Of a stretch of DNA of 45,310 nucleotides, positions 26,203 through 34,941 are shown piece after piece. Position numbers and translations under genes: made by a program. The notes beneath the pieces are model-generated. The model did no database searches. It saw only the letters and a list, made by a program, of their open reading frames with translations, and was not told the DNA's origin. Positions within the stretch are counted from its first letter, which is position 1; every line of letters starts with the position of its first letter. Origin of the DNA: Verrucomicrobiota bacterium (GTDB lineage: Bacteria; Verrucomicrobiota; Verrucomicrobiia; Limisphaerales; CANJXF01); contig JBBQRQ010000035.1 in the NCBI GenBank assembly GCA_038214755.1, positions 1 to 45,310 on the forward strand. The letters run 5' to 3'.

Positions 26203-29200
26203 ATGGAACTCACTGAAAACCTTCTCGCGCAGGTCGCCGGTTGGGAAGCGATGAAACAAGCCCGCGCTCTCCTGCAAACTGGCGCAGTCCTCAGTTCAGA
26301 TTGGACTCCGCCAATTCTCCGCGGAGTGGTTTCGGAAAGCGCCACCTCTTATCGCGCCGGTCTCGCGATCAAAAGTTTCATCGACATCGAAAATCTTTGT
26401 CACTGCCGCCAATCACGAGGGTTGGGGACGATTTGCGCTCACTCCGTCGCCGTCGGATTGCATCATTTAAAAGGCGCGCAGGCCGACTCTGTTTCTGCAG
26501 CCACAATTCACCCCGCCACCGCCCAACAAAATAGTTCCCTCACAAAACCAAGTCGGAAAATTTTGCGCGCTGCCGAGGGTGAAGGGGGAGAACCCGCCGA
26601 GCTGTTTGTTATTTTTCCGCCGAATCTTGCGACCGCGCTGGACAAAGGAAAAGTCATGCTCTGCCTTGAGGCGAAATGGAAAAACGGTTGCGGGCCATTG
26701 AGCGCAATGCCAGCTTCGGTCCCGTTCAAATTTTCCGAAGCAGACTCGGCCCTGCTCGACGCCATCGAAAAAATTTCTCCCGGCGAAATCCCGGCGATGG
26801 TGATATTAAACTTGGAATCGCTTGCTGAAATTCTTCCGGCGCTCGCCGAACATCCACGTTTGACCCGTGGAAAATCTCAAACCTTGCAAGTGCATCGCGA
26901 ACCGTTGCGTTTAAAGTTGAAAGCCACCCTCGAAGGCTCGGGAGAAATTTCCATTTCGCTCACGGAAAAATTTAACTTTGAACAAGTAATTCACGGAAAA
27001 ACCACTTGGATTTTCCGCGACGCGATCTTTCAGATGCTTCCCCAAAGTGCTGCCGACATCCTGTCGGCAGAAATATGTCCCTCGAATCTGCCGAGAGAAT
27101 CCCGGCAGCACTTTCGTTTGCCGCGCAGCCGCGTCCCGCAATTTCTAAGTCAGGACTGGCCCGCGCTGCAAAACGGTTGCGACGTGGAATCCAATTTTCG
27201 CCTCGAAGATTTTTTTCTCGCACCGCAGCGACCAAAATTTCTTCTGAATCTCGCCGGCGGTCTTGCCCAATTGCACGCGCAACTGCAATGCGTTTACGGC
27301 AATCGCATCATGACCCTCGGCGTCACCTCGCCTGAAGAAACCATTTGGCTGCCGGATCCAGAAAATCCGACGCGCTATTCCACACGCGATTTTGCCGCCG
27401 AACAAAATGCCGTTGCTCGATTGTCTCGCTCTCAATTTACCGGCCCCGACGCACAAGGCAGCTATCATTTGCTCGGACAAAATCAGGTGCTGAACTTTTT
27501 TGCGCGCGAATATCCGCGGCTGCAAAAAGAATGGAGCGTCACACTCGAAGAACGGTTGCAGCACAGCACCGCGAAAAATTTGGAATGGATCGAACCAGAA
27601 TTCCAGGTCACATCGTCCGGCGTCCAATGGTTCGATCTCCAGGTTTCCTTCGCCTCGAACAGCGGCGAACGATTTTCTCCCGCGGAAATTCAGCGGCTCG
27701 TTCTTTCCGGCCAAAGCCACACCCGATTGAAAAATGGAAAAACCGCCGTCATCGACACCGGCGCGGTGGAAGAGTTGCAGGAAGTTTTGCTCGACGCCGC
27801 GCCGCAACAACACGCGCAGGGTTATCGGCTCAACAACGCGCAGACGGGATTTGTCGAAGCGACGCTCCGCGAAAAAAATGGTTGGAAAATTCAAGCGCCC
27901 GCCGATTGGAGTTCGCGCGCCAAACAACAAAGCGGCGAAGCGAAAATGGAGTGTCCGCCGCTCGGTGATTTGGAATCGGTGTTGCGTCCGTATCAAAAAA
28001 CCGGCGTCGCGTGGATGCTCTTTTTGCGCGCAAATAATTTCGGTGGAATTCTCGCGGACGAAATGGGTTTGGGCAAAACGCTGCAAGCGCTGGCGTTTTT
28101 GAAAATGTGCTGCCGAGATTCTCTCGGCAGAAAGACTGAAACTGCCGACAGAATGTCGGCAGCACCTTGCCTCGTCGTTTGTCCGACGAGTCTTGTTTTC
28201 AATTGGGTCAATGAAGTGAAAAAGTTTACTCCGGATTTGAGAGTTCTTGCCCTCAATGGCCCGAATCGTCACGAGCTTTTCAAACAAATTTCCGAAGCGG
28301 ATTTGGTCGTCACGAGTTATGCGCTCATTCGTCGCGATGCGGAAAAATATCGCACGCTGGAATTCGACACCGTCATTCTCGACGAGGCGCAACATATTAA
28401 AAATCGGCAGACGCAGAACGCGCAGGCTGTCAAAGCCATTCGTTCGCAGCATCGCCTCGTCCTCACCGGCACGCCGCTGGAAAATTCCGTTTTGGATTTG
28501 TGGTCGATCTTCGATTTTCTCATGCCGGGTTATCTCGGTTCGGCCAAAGATTTTCGCGAACGTTACGAAGTGCCCATCACCCGCGAAAAAAATGCTGAAG
28601 TGCAAGCGCGACTGGCGCGACGGCTCAAACCCTTTCTGTTGCGCCGATTGAAACGCGATGTGGCGAAAGATTTGCCGGAGAAAATTGAGCAGATTGCTTT
28701 TTGTGATCTGACGGAAGATCAATCCGCGGTTTACCAACAAATTCTCGAAGCGACTCGGCGCGAAGTGGTCAATGCGGTCAACGCGCAAGGTTTGCCCAAA
28801 AGTCGGATGCTGGTGCTGACGGCGTTGTTGCGGTTGCGCCAGGTTTGTTGCGACTTGCGGTTGTTGAAATTGGAAGGTGACGACTCTGCGGCGCAGAAAC
28901 TCGGAAACGAAGATTCCGGAAAATTGGATGTGTTCAGCGAATTGCTCGAAGAAGTTTTGGATGGCGGCCATCGCGCACTCGTGTTCAGCCAATTCGTGGG
29001 GATGTTGACTTTGCTCAAGGAAAAACTTTCCAGCGAGGGAATCGAATTTTGTTATCTCGACGGCTCAACGAAAAATCGCGGTGAAGTGGTCGCGCGATTT
29101 CAAGCGGATGAAAAGATTCCGGTTTTTCTCATCAGCCTCAAAGCGGGCGGCGTGGGGCTGAACCTGACTGGCGCGGACACGGTGATTCATTTTGATCCGT

Positions 29201-29421
29201 GGTGGAATCCGGCTGTAGAAGATCAAGCGACCGATCGCGCGCATCGGATTGGGCAAAGTCGGGTCGTGACCAGTTACAAGTTGATCGCGCGCGGCACGGT
29301 GGAGGAAAAAATTCTCACGCTGCAATCCCGCAAACGCGACGTGATCAAAGCCACCCTTGCCGGTGAAGAACAATTCGCGGAATCGCTGACGTGGGAGGAG
29401 ATACAGGAATTGCTTCAGTGA
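26203..29421 (+). CDS. SWIM zinc finger + SNF2-family helicase
   Basis: CHC...ICAH (SWIM); LADEMGLGKT, DEAQ, LTGTPLEN, SLKAGGVGLNL and QATDRAHRIGQ. Start placed at ATG 26203. Confidence 0.93.
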   Translation: MELTENLLAQVAGWEAMKQARALLQTGAVLSSDWTPPILRGVVSESATSYRAGLAIKSFIDIENLCHCRQSRGLGTICAHSVAVGLHHLKGAQADSVSAATIHPATAQQNSSLTKPSRKILRAAEGEGGEPAELFVIFPPNLATALDKGKVMLCLEAKWKNGCGPLSAMPASVPFKFSEADSALLDAIEKISPGEIPAMVILNLESLAEILPALAEHPRLTRGKSQTLQVHREPLRLKLKATLEGSGEISISLTEKFNFEQVIHGKTTWIFRDAIFQMLPQSAADILSAEICPSNLPRESRQHFRLPRSRVPQFLSQDWPALQNGCDVESNFRLEDFFLAPQRPKFLLNLAGGLAQLHAQLQCVYGNRIMTLGVTSPEETIWLPDPENPTRYSTRDFAAEQNAVARLSRSQFTGPDAQGSYHLLGQNQVLNFFAREYPRLQKEWSVTLEERLQHSTAKNLEWIEPEFQVTSSGVQWFDLQVSFASNSGERFSPAEIQRLVLSGQSHTRLKNGKTAVIDTGAVEELQEVLLDAAPQQHAQGYRLNNAQTGFVEATLREKNGWKIQAPADWSSRAKQQSGEAKMECPPLGDLESVLRPYQKTGVAWMLFLRANNFGGILADEMGLGKTLQALAFLKMCCRDSLGRKTETADRMSAAPCLVVCPTSLVFNWVNEVKKFTPDLRVLALNGPNRHELFKQISEADLVVTSYALIRRDAEKYRTLEFDTVILDEAQHIKNRQTQNAQAVKAIRSQHRLVLTGTPLENSVLDLWSIFDFLMPGYLGSAKDFRERYEVPITREKNAEVQARLARRLKPFLLRRLKRDVAKDLPEKIEQIAFCDLTEDQSAVYQQILEATRREVVNAVNAQGLPKSRMLVLTALLRLRQVCCDLRLLKLEGDDSAAQKLGNEDSGKLDVFSELLEEVLDGGHRALVFSQFVGMLTLLKEKLSSEGIEFCYLDGSTKNRGEVVARFQADEKIPVFLISLKAGGVGLNLTGADTVIHFDPWWNPAVEDQATDRAHRIGQSRVVTSYKLIARGTVEEKILTLQSRKRDVIKATLAGEEQFAESLTWEEIQELLQ
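27044..27114. repeat. Palindromic element inside the SNF2 CDS (copy 1)
   Basis: AAAGTGCTGCCG...CGGCAGCACTTT with internal hairpins GCCGACATCCTGTCGGC and GCCGAGAGAATCCCGGC. Confidence 0.85.
28107..28165. repeat. Palindromic element inside the SNF2 CDS (copy 2, inverted relative to copy 1)
   Basis: GTGCTGCCGAGATTCTCTCGGCAG...CTGCCGACAGAATGTCGGCAGCAC. Confidence 0.85.
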
Positions 29422-29431
29422 AATGTTTGAC

Positions 29432-29618
29432 GGGTAGCATCTGCCTCCGGCGGGTGCGAGGAAGCGAATTCGATGTTCAGCGTTCGATGTTGGATGTTCG
29501 ATGTTTGAAAATTAAAACCAACATCGAACACTGAACATCGAACACTGAACATCGAACATCGAACATCCAACATCGAATGAAGAAATGTCTTCGCACCCGC
29601 CGGAGGCAGATGCTACCC
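29432..29618. mobile_element. MITE/REPIN-like element, copy 1 (28-bp terminal inverted repeats, heptamer interior)
   Basis: GGGTAGCATCTGCCTCCGGCGGGTGCGA at 29432-29459 and its exact complement at 29591-29618; TTCGATG-type x5 and AACATCG-type x8 inside. Confidence 0.75.
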
Positions 29619-29628
29619 ACGCCGCACT

Positions 29629-30048
29629 TCAAATGTAATACATCTTTTCCTTGCCCACGCCGGCTTCGAGAAGTTGTTGGAAAGAAATGCTGTCGGCGGT
29701 TTCGTCCAAAGCGCTTTGCATTTTGCTCCAGGCGGCACGCAATTCAGGCGGGCAATGCGGATCGCTCAAAGCGGGCGAATCGAAAACATTTCCGTGAATC
29801 GCGCGCAATACTTCGCCCAGAGAAATTTTCGATGGATGCCGCGCCAGAACGTAACCGCCCTCTTTACCGCGCTGGCTTCTCACGATCTGTTTTGATTTAA
29901 GCTCGATCAAAATCTGCACGAGATAATTCGGCGGAATCTCTTGTGCTATCGCCATGTCTTCAACTTTCCGCACCACGCCTTCGTGATAATGCCGCGCCAG
30001 CCACAAGACCGCGCGCGCCGCGTAATCACTTTTCACGGAAAGTTTCAC
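29629..30048 (-). CDS. Rrf2 family transcriptional regulator
   Basis: SVKSDYAARA, IPPNYLVQIL, SQRGKEGGYVLAR and C-terminal MYYI. Confidence 0.92.
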   Translation of the reverse strand: MKLSVKSDYAARAVLWLARHYHEGVVRKVEDMAIAQEIPPNYLVQILIELKSKQIVRSQRGKEGGYVLARHPSKISLGEVLRAIHGNVFDSPALSDPHCPPELRAAWSKMQSALDETADSISFQQLLEAGVGKEKMYYI

Positions 30049-30094
30049 GGCGAAAATTTACGAGGGCAAACCAGTTGGTGCGATAACAATTTCT

Positions 30095-30296
30095 TGTAGC
30101 GGCGCGTCTGTGACCGCCGCCGTAGCGCAGCTTTGCAAGCTGCTGTATCGCCGATTTGCAATCGGCAGGGCGCTCGCGATGTCCAGCGGGTTGCAAACCC
30201 GCGATACGGCAGGTTGAAAACCTGCGCTACCGTTCTTAACGCAAATTCCGGTTACAATGATTTGTGTTGTGTGGCGGTCATAGACACGCCGCTACA
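30095..30296. repeat. Nested GTAG-type REP elements
   Basis: Outer TGTAGCGGCGCGTCTGTGACCGCC / GGCGGTCATAGACACGCCGCTACA; inner GTAGCGCAG...CTGCGCTAC at 30122-30230. Confidence 0.82.
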
Positions 30297-30337
30297 GTGA
30301 TTTGACCCCGCCACGTATTTATCTCTAATCTCGCTCC

Positions 30338-31426
30338 GTGCCTGGAAATTCTTTCGGACAACTTTTTCGCATCACGACCTGGGGCGAGTCGCACGGGGGC
30401 GGCGTCGGTGTCGCCGTCGATGGTTGTCCGCCTCGATTGAATTTAACGGAAGCGGACATCCAACCCGATTTGAATCGTCGCCGACCCGGCCAATCAAGAA
30501 TTGTTTCCCCGCGAAAAGAAAGCGACATCGTCCAAATTTTATCGGGCACGTTCGAGGGAAAAACTCTCGGCACGCCCATTTCGATGTGGGTGAAAAATGA
30601 AGATCAACGCGCCGAAGCCTACACCGAAATGGCGACAAAGTTTCGGCCATCGCACGCCGACTACACGTATCAAGCCAAGTTCGGCATCCGCAATTGGCAA
30701 GGCGGCGGCCGCACCAGCGCGCGAGAAACGATTGGCCGCGTGGCGGCGGGAGCGATTGCAAAAAAGATTTTGCGCGAACGTTTCGGCGTGGAGGTTTTGG
30801 CTTATGTCAAACAAGTGCAGCGCATCGAAGCGGATGTGAATCCTGAAGCGGTGAAGTTCAAAGATGTGGAATCAAACATCGTTCGTTGTCCCGACACCGC
30901 CACTGCGGAGAAAATGATTCGGCTGATCGAACGCACTCGAAAAAATGGCGACAGCGTCGGGGGAATTATCGAAGGCGTCGCTCGCGGTGTTCCGCCGGGA
31001 TGGGGCGAACCGGTCTTTGATCGTCTCGAAGCGGATTTGGCCAAAGCGATGTTGAGTCTCCCCGCCTCGAAAGGTTTTGATGTCGGCTCCGGCTTCGGCG
31101 GAATTCTTCTTACGGGTCGCGAACACAACGATTTATTTCGGATGAAAGGCGGAAAGGTCCGCACGCTGACCAATCGTTCCGGCGGAATTCAAGGCGGCAT
31201 TTCCAATGGTGAAACCATTTTTTTCCGCGTCGCATTCAAGCCCGTCGCCACCGTCATGCACGAGCAGGAAACGGTTTCGACTGATTTGAAAAACACGACT
31301 TTGAAGGCTCGCGGCCGCCATGATCCTTGCGTGTTGCCTCGCGCCGTGCCGATGGTGGAAGCGATGACCGCGCTGGTCTTGGTTGATCACGCCTTGCGAC
31401 AAAAAGCGCAGTGCGAATTTTCGTAG
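30338..31426 (+). CDS. aroC: Chorismate synthase
   Basis: [34 protein letters not shown] and GRHDPCV motifs. Confidence 0.98.
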   Translation: MPGNSFGQLFRITTWGESHGGGVGVAVDGCPPRLNLTEADIQPDLNRRRPGQSRIVSPRKESDIVQILSGTFEGKTLGTPISMWVKNEDQRAEAYTEMATKFRPSHADYTYQAKFGIRNWQGGGRTSARETIGRVAAGAIAKKILRERFGVEVLAYVKQVQRIEADVNPEAVKFKDVESNIVRCPDTATAEKMIRLIERTRKNGDSVGGIIEGVARGVPPGWGEPVFDRLEADLAKAMLSLPASKGFDVGSGFGGILLTGREHNDLFRMKGGKVRTLTNRSGGIQGGISNGETIFFRVAFKPVATVMHEQETVSTDLKNTTLKARGRHDPCVLPRAVPMVEAMTALVLVDHALRQKAQCEFS

Positions 31427-31508
31427 CAGTCGCCCCCATAACAATTGTTACGCTGCAATGCCCGCACAAAAATTGAAGTCCAGGATTCAAATGTTCCTTC
31501 CGGGATGT

Positions 31509-31967
31509 ATGACTTCTATTCTGTGGATCATCCTTGTTTTCGGGACCGCATGCGTGTCTGAGAGGAATTCAGCGAAATTGGAAAAGGATAGCCTGCAAGG
31601 CACATGGCAGTTGGTCTATCAGGAGATGAATGGCAAAAAAATTCCCGACGAAAAGACTGCCGAGATGTTTCACGGCAAAATGGTTTTCACGGGCGACAAG
31701 ATTTATTATACCGTTGAACTTCAAGGCTTCAATTTTGGATTTCGTTATAAGCTATGCCTCGATCAACGACCTAGAGCGATTGATTTGGAGCTGACAAACA
31801 CTTCGGACAAGCAGGGTATCGGGCACAAATTTTTCGGGATTTATCTTTTGGAAGACGACACTCTCAAGATTTGTCATAGCCAGACGATGCGCCCCACTGA
31901 CTTCGACGCAGCCGAGGGATCGCATAACGTGCTGATTGTTCTAAAACGGAAAAGCGAGTCACCATGA
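31509..31967 (+). CDS. TIGR03067-like domain protein, probable lipoprotein
   Basis: Hydrophobic signal ending GTAC; LQGTW, PRAIDL, GIYLLEDDTLKIC, RPTDF and LKR motifs. Start uncertain (31458, 31491 or 31509). Confidence 0.75.
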   Translation: MTSILWIILVFGTACVSERNSAKLEKDSLQGTWQLVYQEMNGKKIPDEKTAEMFHGKMVFTGDKIYYTVELQGFNFGFRYKLCLDQRPRAIDLELTNTSDKQGIGHKFFGIYLLEDDTLKICHSQTMRPTDFDAAEGSHNVLIVLKRKSESP

Positions 31968-32040
31968 TGCAGTCTGACTTGTTCGAACCAACGCCGCAGT
32001 TGCGCCCCGGTTCCTCTCTCAGCCGTTAGGTCAAATAACC

Positions 32041-32496
32041 TTGAGCAAATCGACGAGAAAATATTTCCGCTGGCTGCTCGCGATATTCTTTATCGTCGCC
32101 GGTGCTAATCACTTCGTAAATCCCCGTCCCTATTTGGCGATGATGCCATCTTATCTCCCACCACATGCGGCGCTGGTTTGGATTAGTGGAGTGGCGGAGA
32201 TGGTGGGCGGAATGGGCGTGCTCTTCTCACGCACGCGGGTTGTCGCGGGATGGGGATTGATCGCGCTGCTCCTCGCCGTGTTCCCTGCCAATCTGAATGT
32301 GGCGATCCACGGTTGGCCGGATTCGAAGCTGCCGTCGTGGATCTTGTGGTTGCGTTTGCCTCTCCAGTTTTTGCTGCTCTGGTGGGTCTATCGGATTTGT
32401 ATTACTCAGCGGAACGAACATGGAAAGAGGATTGTCCCGAAGGGACCGGTTGAAAATAGCCCGGCGTTTCAACGCCGGGAAAACAGGCGCGATTGA
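32041..32496 (+). CDS. DoxX-like membrane protein
   Basis: AGANHF, MPSYLP, SGVAE, AVFPANL and LRLPLQ motifs; the C-terminus runs into a repeat. Confidence 0.82.
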   Translation: MSKSTRKYFRWLLAIFFIVAGANHFVNPRPYLAMMPSYLPPHAALVWISGVAEMVGGMGVLFSRTRVVAGWGLIALLLAVFPANLNVAIHGWPDSKLPSWILWLRLPLQFLLLWWVYRICITQRNEHGKRIVPKGPVENSPAFQRRENRRD

Positions 32497-32625
32497 TGAG
32501 TCCCGAAGGGACGGCCGAATGGATCATTGGATGGATTTTCAGCCGTTCCTTCGGAACTCGATTCCACTCCAAATCTTTCCCGGCGTTCAAACGCCGGGCT
32601 ATTATCAGATGTCCCTTTGGGACAA
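32424..32625. repeat. ~200-bp multi-hairpin element, copy 1
   Basis: GTCCCGAAGGGAC and CCCGGCGTTTCAACGCCGGG hairpins mirrored at both ends; close second copy at 43716-43921. Confidence 0.85.
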
Positions 32626-32730
32626 ACTTCCAAATATGGAGTACTCAAAAAGTGAAATGCGCCCCTCGTCATTTCCATTTCCTCAGAAAAGTTTGCCGCA
32701 AATTCGCGTCGCCCGTAATCTCGCCCACCT

Positions 32731-33852
32731 ATGAGTCCAAGTGTTTTGAAAATTGCCGCGCTCGCCGGTGATGGGATCGGTCCCGAAGTGATGCGCGAAG
32801 CGATCAAAATTTTGCGCGCGGTCGAAAGGAAATTTTCCCTGCAATTTCAAATTACCGAAGCGCCCGTCGGTTGGGCGGGAATCGACGCAGCAGGAAAAGC
32901 GCTGCCCGATGAGACGCTGGCGATTTGCAAAAATTCCGACGCGATTTTATTTGGGTCGGTTGGTCTGCCCGAGCGTGATCCGACGATTCCCAAAGAACAG
33001 CGGCCTGAACGCGCGGCGCTTCTCCGCATTCGCAAAGATTTTGGTTTGTTCGCGAATTTGCGTCCCGTTCAACTTCCGAAGGCGCTGGCGCACGCTTGTC
33101 CGTTGCGACCGGAACGGCAAGGCGATGGCATCGACCTTCTCGTGGTGCGCGAGTTGACCGGCGGAATGTATTTCGGCCAGCCGAAAAAAACCGAGGAGGT
33201 TTCTGAAGGCGGAAAAAAATTCCAGCGCGCCATCGACACGATGGTTTACACGACGCCGGAAATCGAGCGCATCGCGCACGTCGCTTTCAAAGCGGCGCAA
33301 TCGCGGCGCAAAAAATTGACGAGCATCGACAAGGCAAATGTTTTGGAGAACGGAATTCTTTGGCGTGAAGTGGTGACGCGCGTTGGGAAAAATTATACTG
33401 ACGTCGCGCTGGAACACATGTTCGTCGATAACGCCGCGATGCAACTGATGCTACGCCCGGCGCAATTCGACGTGATGCTTTGTGAAAATATGTTTGGCGA
33501 TATTTTGAGCGATGAAGCAGCGGCGTTGGCGGGTTCTCTCGGCATGTTGCCCAGCGCCAGTCTCGGCGTGACGAGGGGTGAAAAAACTTTTGGCTTTTAC
33601 GAACCGGCTGGCGGGACCGCGCCGGACATCGCCGGAAAAAACCTGGCCAATCCCATCGCGCAGATTTTGTCGGTGGCGCTGATGCTGAGATATAGTTTTG
33701 GCTTGAACGATGCCGCCAAGGCAATTGAAGGCGCGGTTGCAAAAGCAATCGAAGGGGGTAATCGCACCGGCGACATTTTCAGCGGCAACGAAACCGCGAC
33801 GCGAAAAGTCAGCACGCGTGAGATGGGCGATTTGATTGCGACGGGGATTTAG
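32731..33852 (+). CDS. leuB: 3-isopropylmalate dehydrogenase
   Basis: GDGIGPEV, FANLRP, VRELTGG, DKANVL, NMFGDILSD and GTAPDIAG..ANP motifs. Confidence 0.97.
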   Translation: MSPSVLKIAALAGDGIGPEVMREAIKILRAVERKFSLQFQITEAPVGWAGIDAAGKALPDETLAICKNSDAILFGSVGLPERDPTIPKEQRPERAALLRIRKDFGLFANLRPVQLPKALAHACPLRPERQGDGIDLLVVRELTGGMYFGQPKKTEEVSEGGKKFQRAIDTMVYTTPEIERIAHVAFKAAQSRRKKLTSIDKANVLENGILWREVVTRVGKNYTDVALEHMFVDNAAMQLMLRPAQFDVMLCENMFGDILSDEAAALAGSLGMLPSASLGVTRGEKTFGFYEPAGGTAPDIAGKNLANPIAQILSVALMLRYSFGLNDAAKAIEGAVAKAIEGGNRTGDIFSGNETATRKVSTREMGDLIATGI

Positions 33853-33906
33853 GAGCGCGATACTTTCAGTTGTTGCGGAAGTTTTCTTAAAAGTTAAAAG
33901 TATTTT

Positions 33907-34143
33907 ATGACCTGTTTAAAGTCTGGGCCATTTGGCGAAATTACTTTGCCGAAGAACCTTCGTGCGCGTCACGGCATTGAACGCGAGACACCAATTCGCG
34001 TGATCGAAACCCGCAATGGAATTCTGCTCATTCCGTTGACATCGGCCCCAATGTCTCCAGCGCTTAGCCAGGAATTGAAGGAATGGCAATCGCTGGCCTT
34101 ATCCGGTTGGGACAAATTTGAATACGATTGCGATAGTCAATGA
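33907..34143 (+). CDS. AbrB/MazE-like antitoxin
   Basis: GEITLPKNLR...GI...GILLIP swapped-hairpin pattern; ATGA overlap with the toxin gene. Confidence 0.75.
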   Translation: MTCLKSGPFGEITLPKNLRARHGIERETPIRVIETRNGILLIPLTSAPMSPALSQELKEWQSLALSGWDKFEYDCDSQ

Positions 34144-34481
34144 AACCGGGCGATTTGTTTTGGGTTGAATTCCCTTCCGGCGCGGGTCGCGCTCAATCAG
34201 GACGACGCCCGGCCATCCTGGTTCAATCAGCGAAATTATCGGCAAAACTGCCCACTGTTTTACTCATCCCGCTGACCACCCAGCAGGATGCGCTTCGATT
34301 TTCCGGCACCGTTCTGATCGAGCCGAATTCGGCAAATGGCTTGCGGCATCTTTCTGTCGCGCTGGTTTTTCAGTTGACCGCCATTGACAAACGACTTCTT
34401 GGTTCAAAAATCGGTTATCTATCCGAAACAATCCTGAAACTAATTTGGCAATCACTCGATGAACTTCTCGGCCGAAAATAA
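34140..34481 (+). CDS. mazF: PemK/MazF family endoribonuclease toxin
   Basis: GDLFWVEF, QSGRRPAILVQ, IPLTT, NGL...S and QLTAIDK.LL..KIG motifs. Confidence 0.88.
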   Translation: MKPGDLFWVEFPSGAGRAQSGRRPAILVQSAKLSAKLPTVLLIPLTTQQDALRFSGTVLIEPNSANGLRHLSVALVFQLTAIDKRLLGSKIGYLSETILKLIWQSLDELLGRK

Positions 34482-34914
34482 CGCATTTCTCCAAGCGGCC
34501 ATTGACGAGGCCAAAAAAGGTTTGGCTTCCGGTGGAATTCCCATTGGCTCCGTCTTGGTTTGTGACGGAAAAATCATTGGGCGCGGACACAATCAGCGGG
34601 TGCAAAAAGGCAGCGTGATTCGTCACGGCGAAATGGATTGCCTGGAAAATTCCGGTCGCCATCCCGCATCGGTCTATCGGCGTTGCACCCTGTACTCCAC
34701 GCTGTCGCCTTGCCCGATGTGCAGTGGCGCGATTTTGCTTTATGGAATTCCACGCGTGATCGTCGGCGAGAATCTTACTTTTAAGGGACCCGAAGAATAT
34801 GTTCGTGCGCAAGGAGTACAGGTGGAAGTTTTGCAGAGTGAGGAATGCATTCAAATGATGCGCGACTTCATTGCGAAAAATCCGGAACTTTGGAATGAAG
34901 ACATCGGGGAGTAA
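34459..34914 (+). CDS. Zn-dependent nucleoside/cytosine deaminase (CDA fold)
   Basis: GGIPIGSVL, HGE, TLSPCPMC and WNEDIGE motifs; resembles the fungal-type cytosine deaminase. Confidence 0.9.
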   Translation: MNFSAENNAFLQAAIDEAKKGLASGGIPIGSVLVCDGKIIGRGHNQRVQKGSVIRHGEMDCLENSGRHPASVYRRCTLYSTLSPCPMCSGAILLYGIPRVIVGENLTFKGPEEYVRAQGVQVEVLQSEECIQMMRDFIAKNPELWNEDIGE

Positions 34915-34941
34915 AACGTGAAACGTGACTCGTGAAACGTG
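34914..34941. repeat. AAACGTG heptamer x4 filling the whole intergenic gap
   Basis: AAACGTG AAACGTG ACTCGTG AAACGTG, followed directly by ATG 34942. Confidence 0.75.

Noticed and set aside
27145..28992. 615-aa minus-strand ORF
   Set aside because: Antisense shadow of the SNF2 helicase.
26203..29421. SNF2 helicase as part of a defence system (DISARM, Zorya or BREX-like)
   Set aside because: The SWIM-SNF2 architecture is a widespread stand-alone type, and the neighbours are housekeeping genes with no methylase or nuclease partner.
29469..29575. Short periodic arrays as a possible CRISPR
   Set aside because: 7-8-nt tandem units with no unique spacers; no cas genes or repeat-spacer structure seen anywhere in the window.
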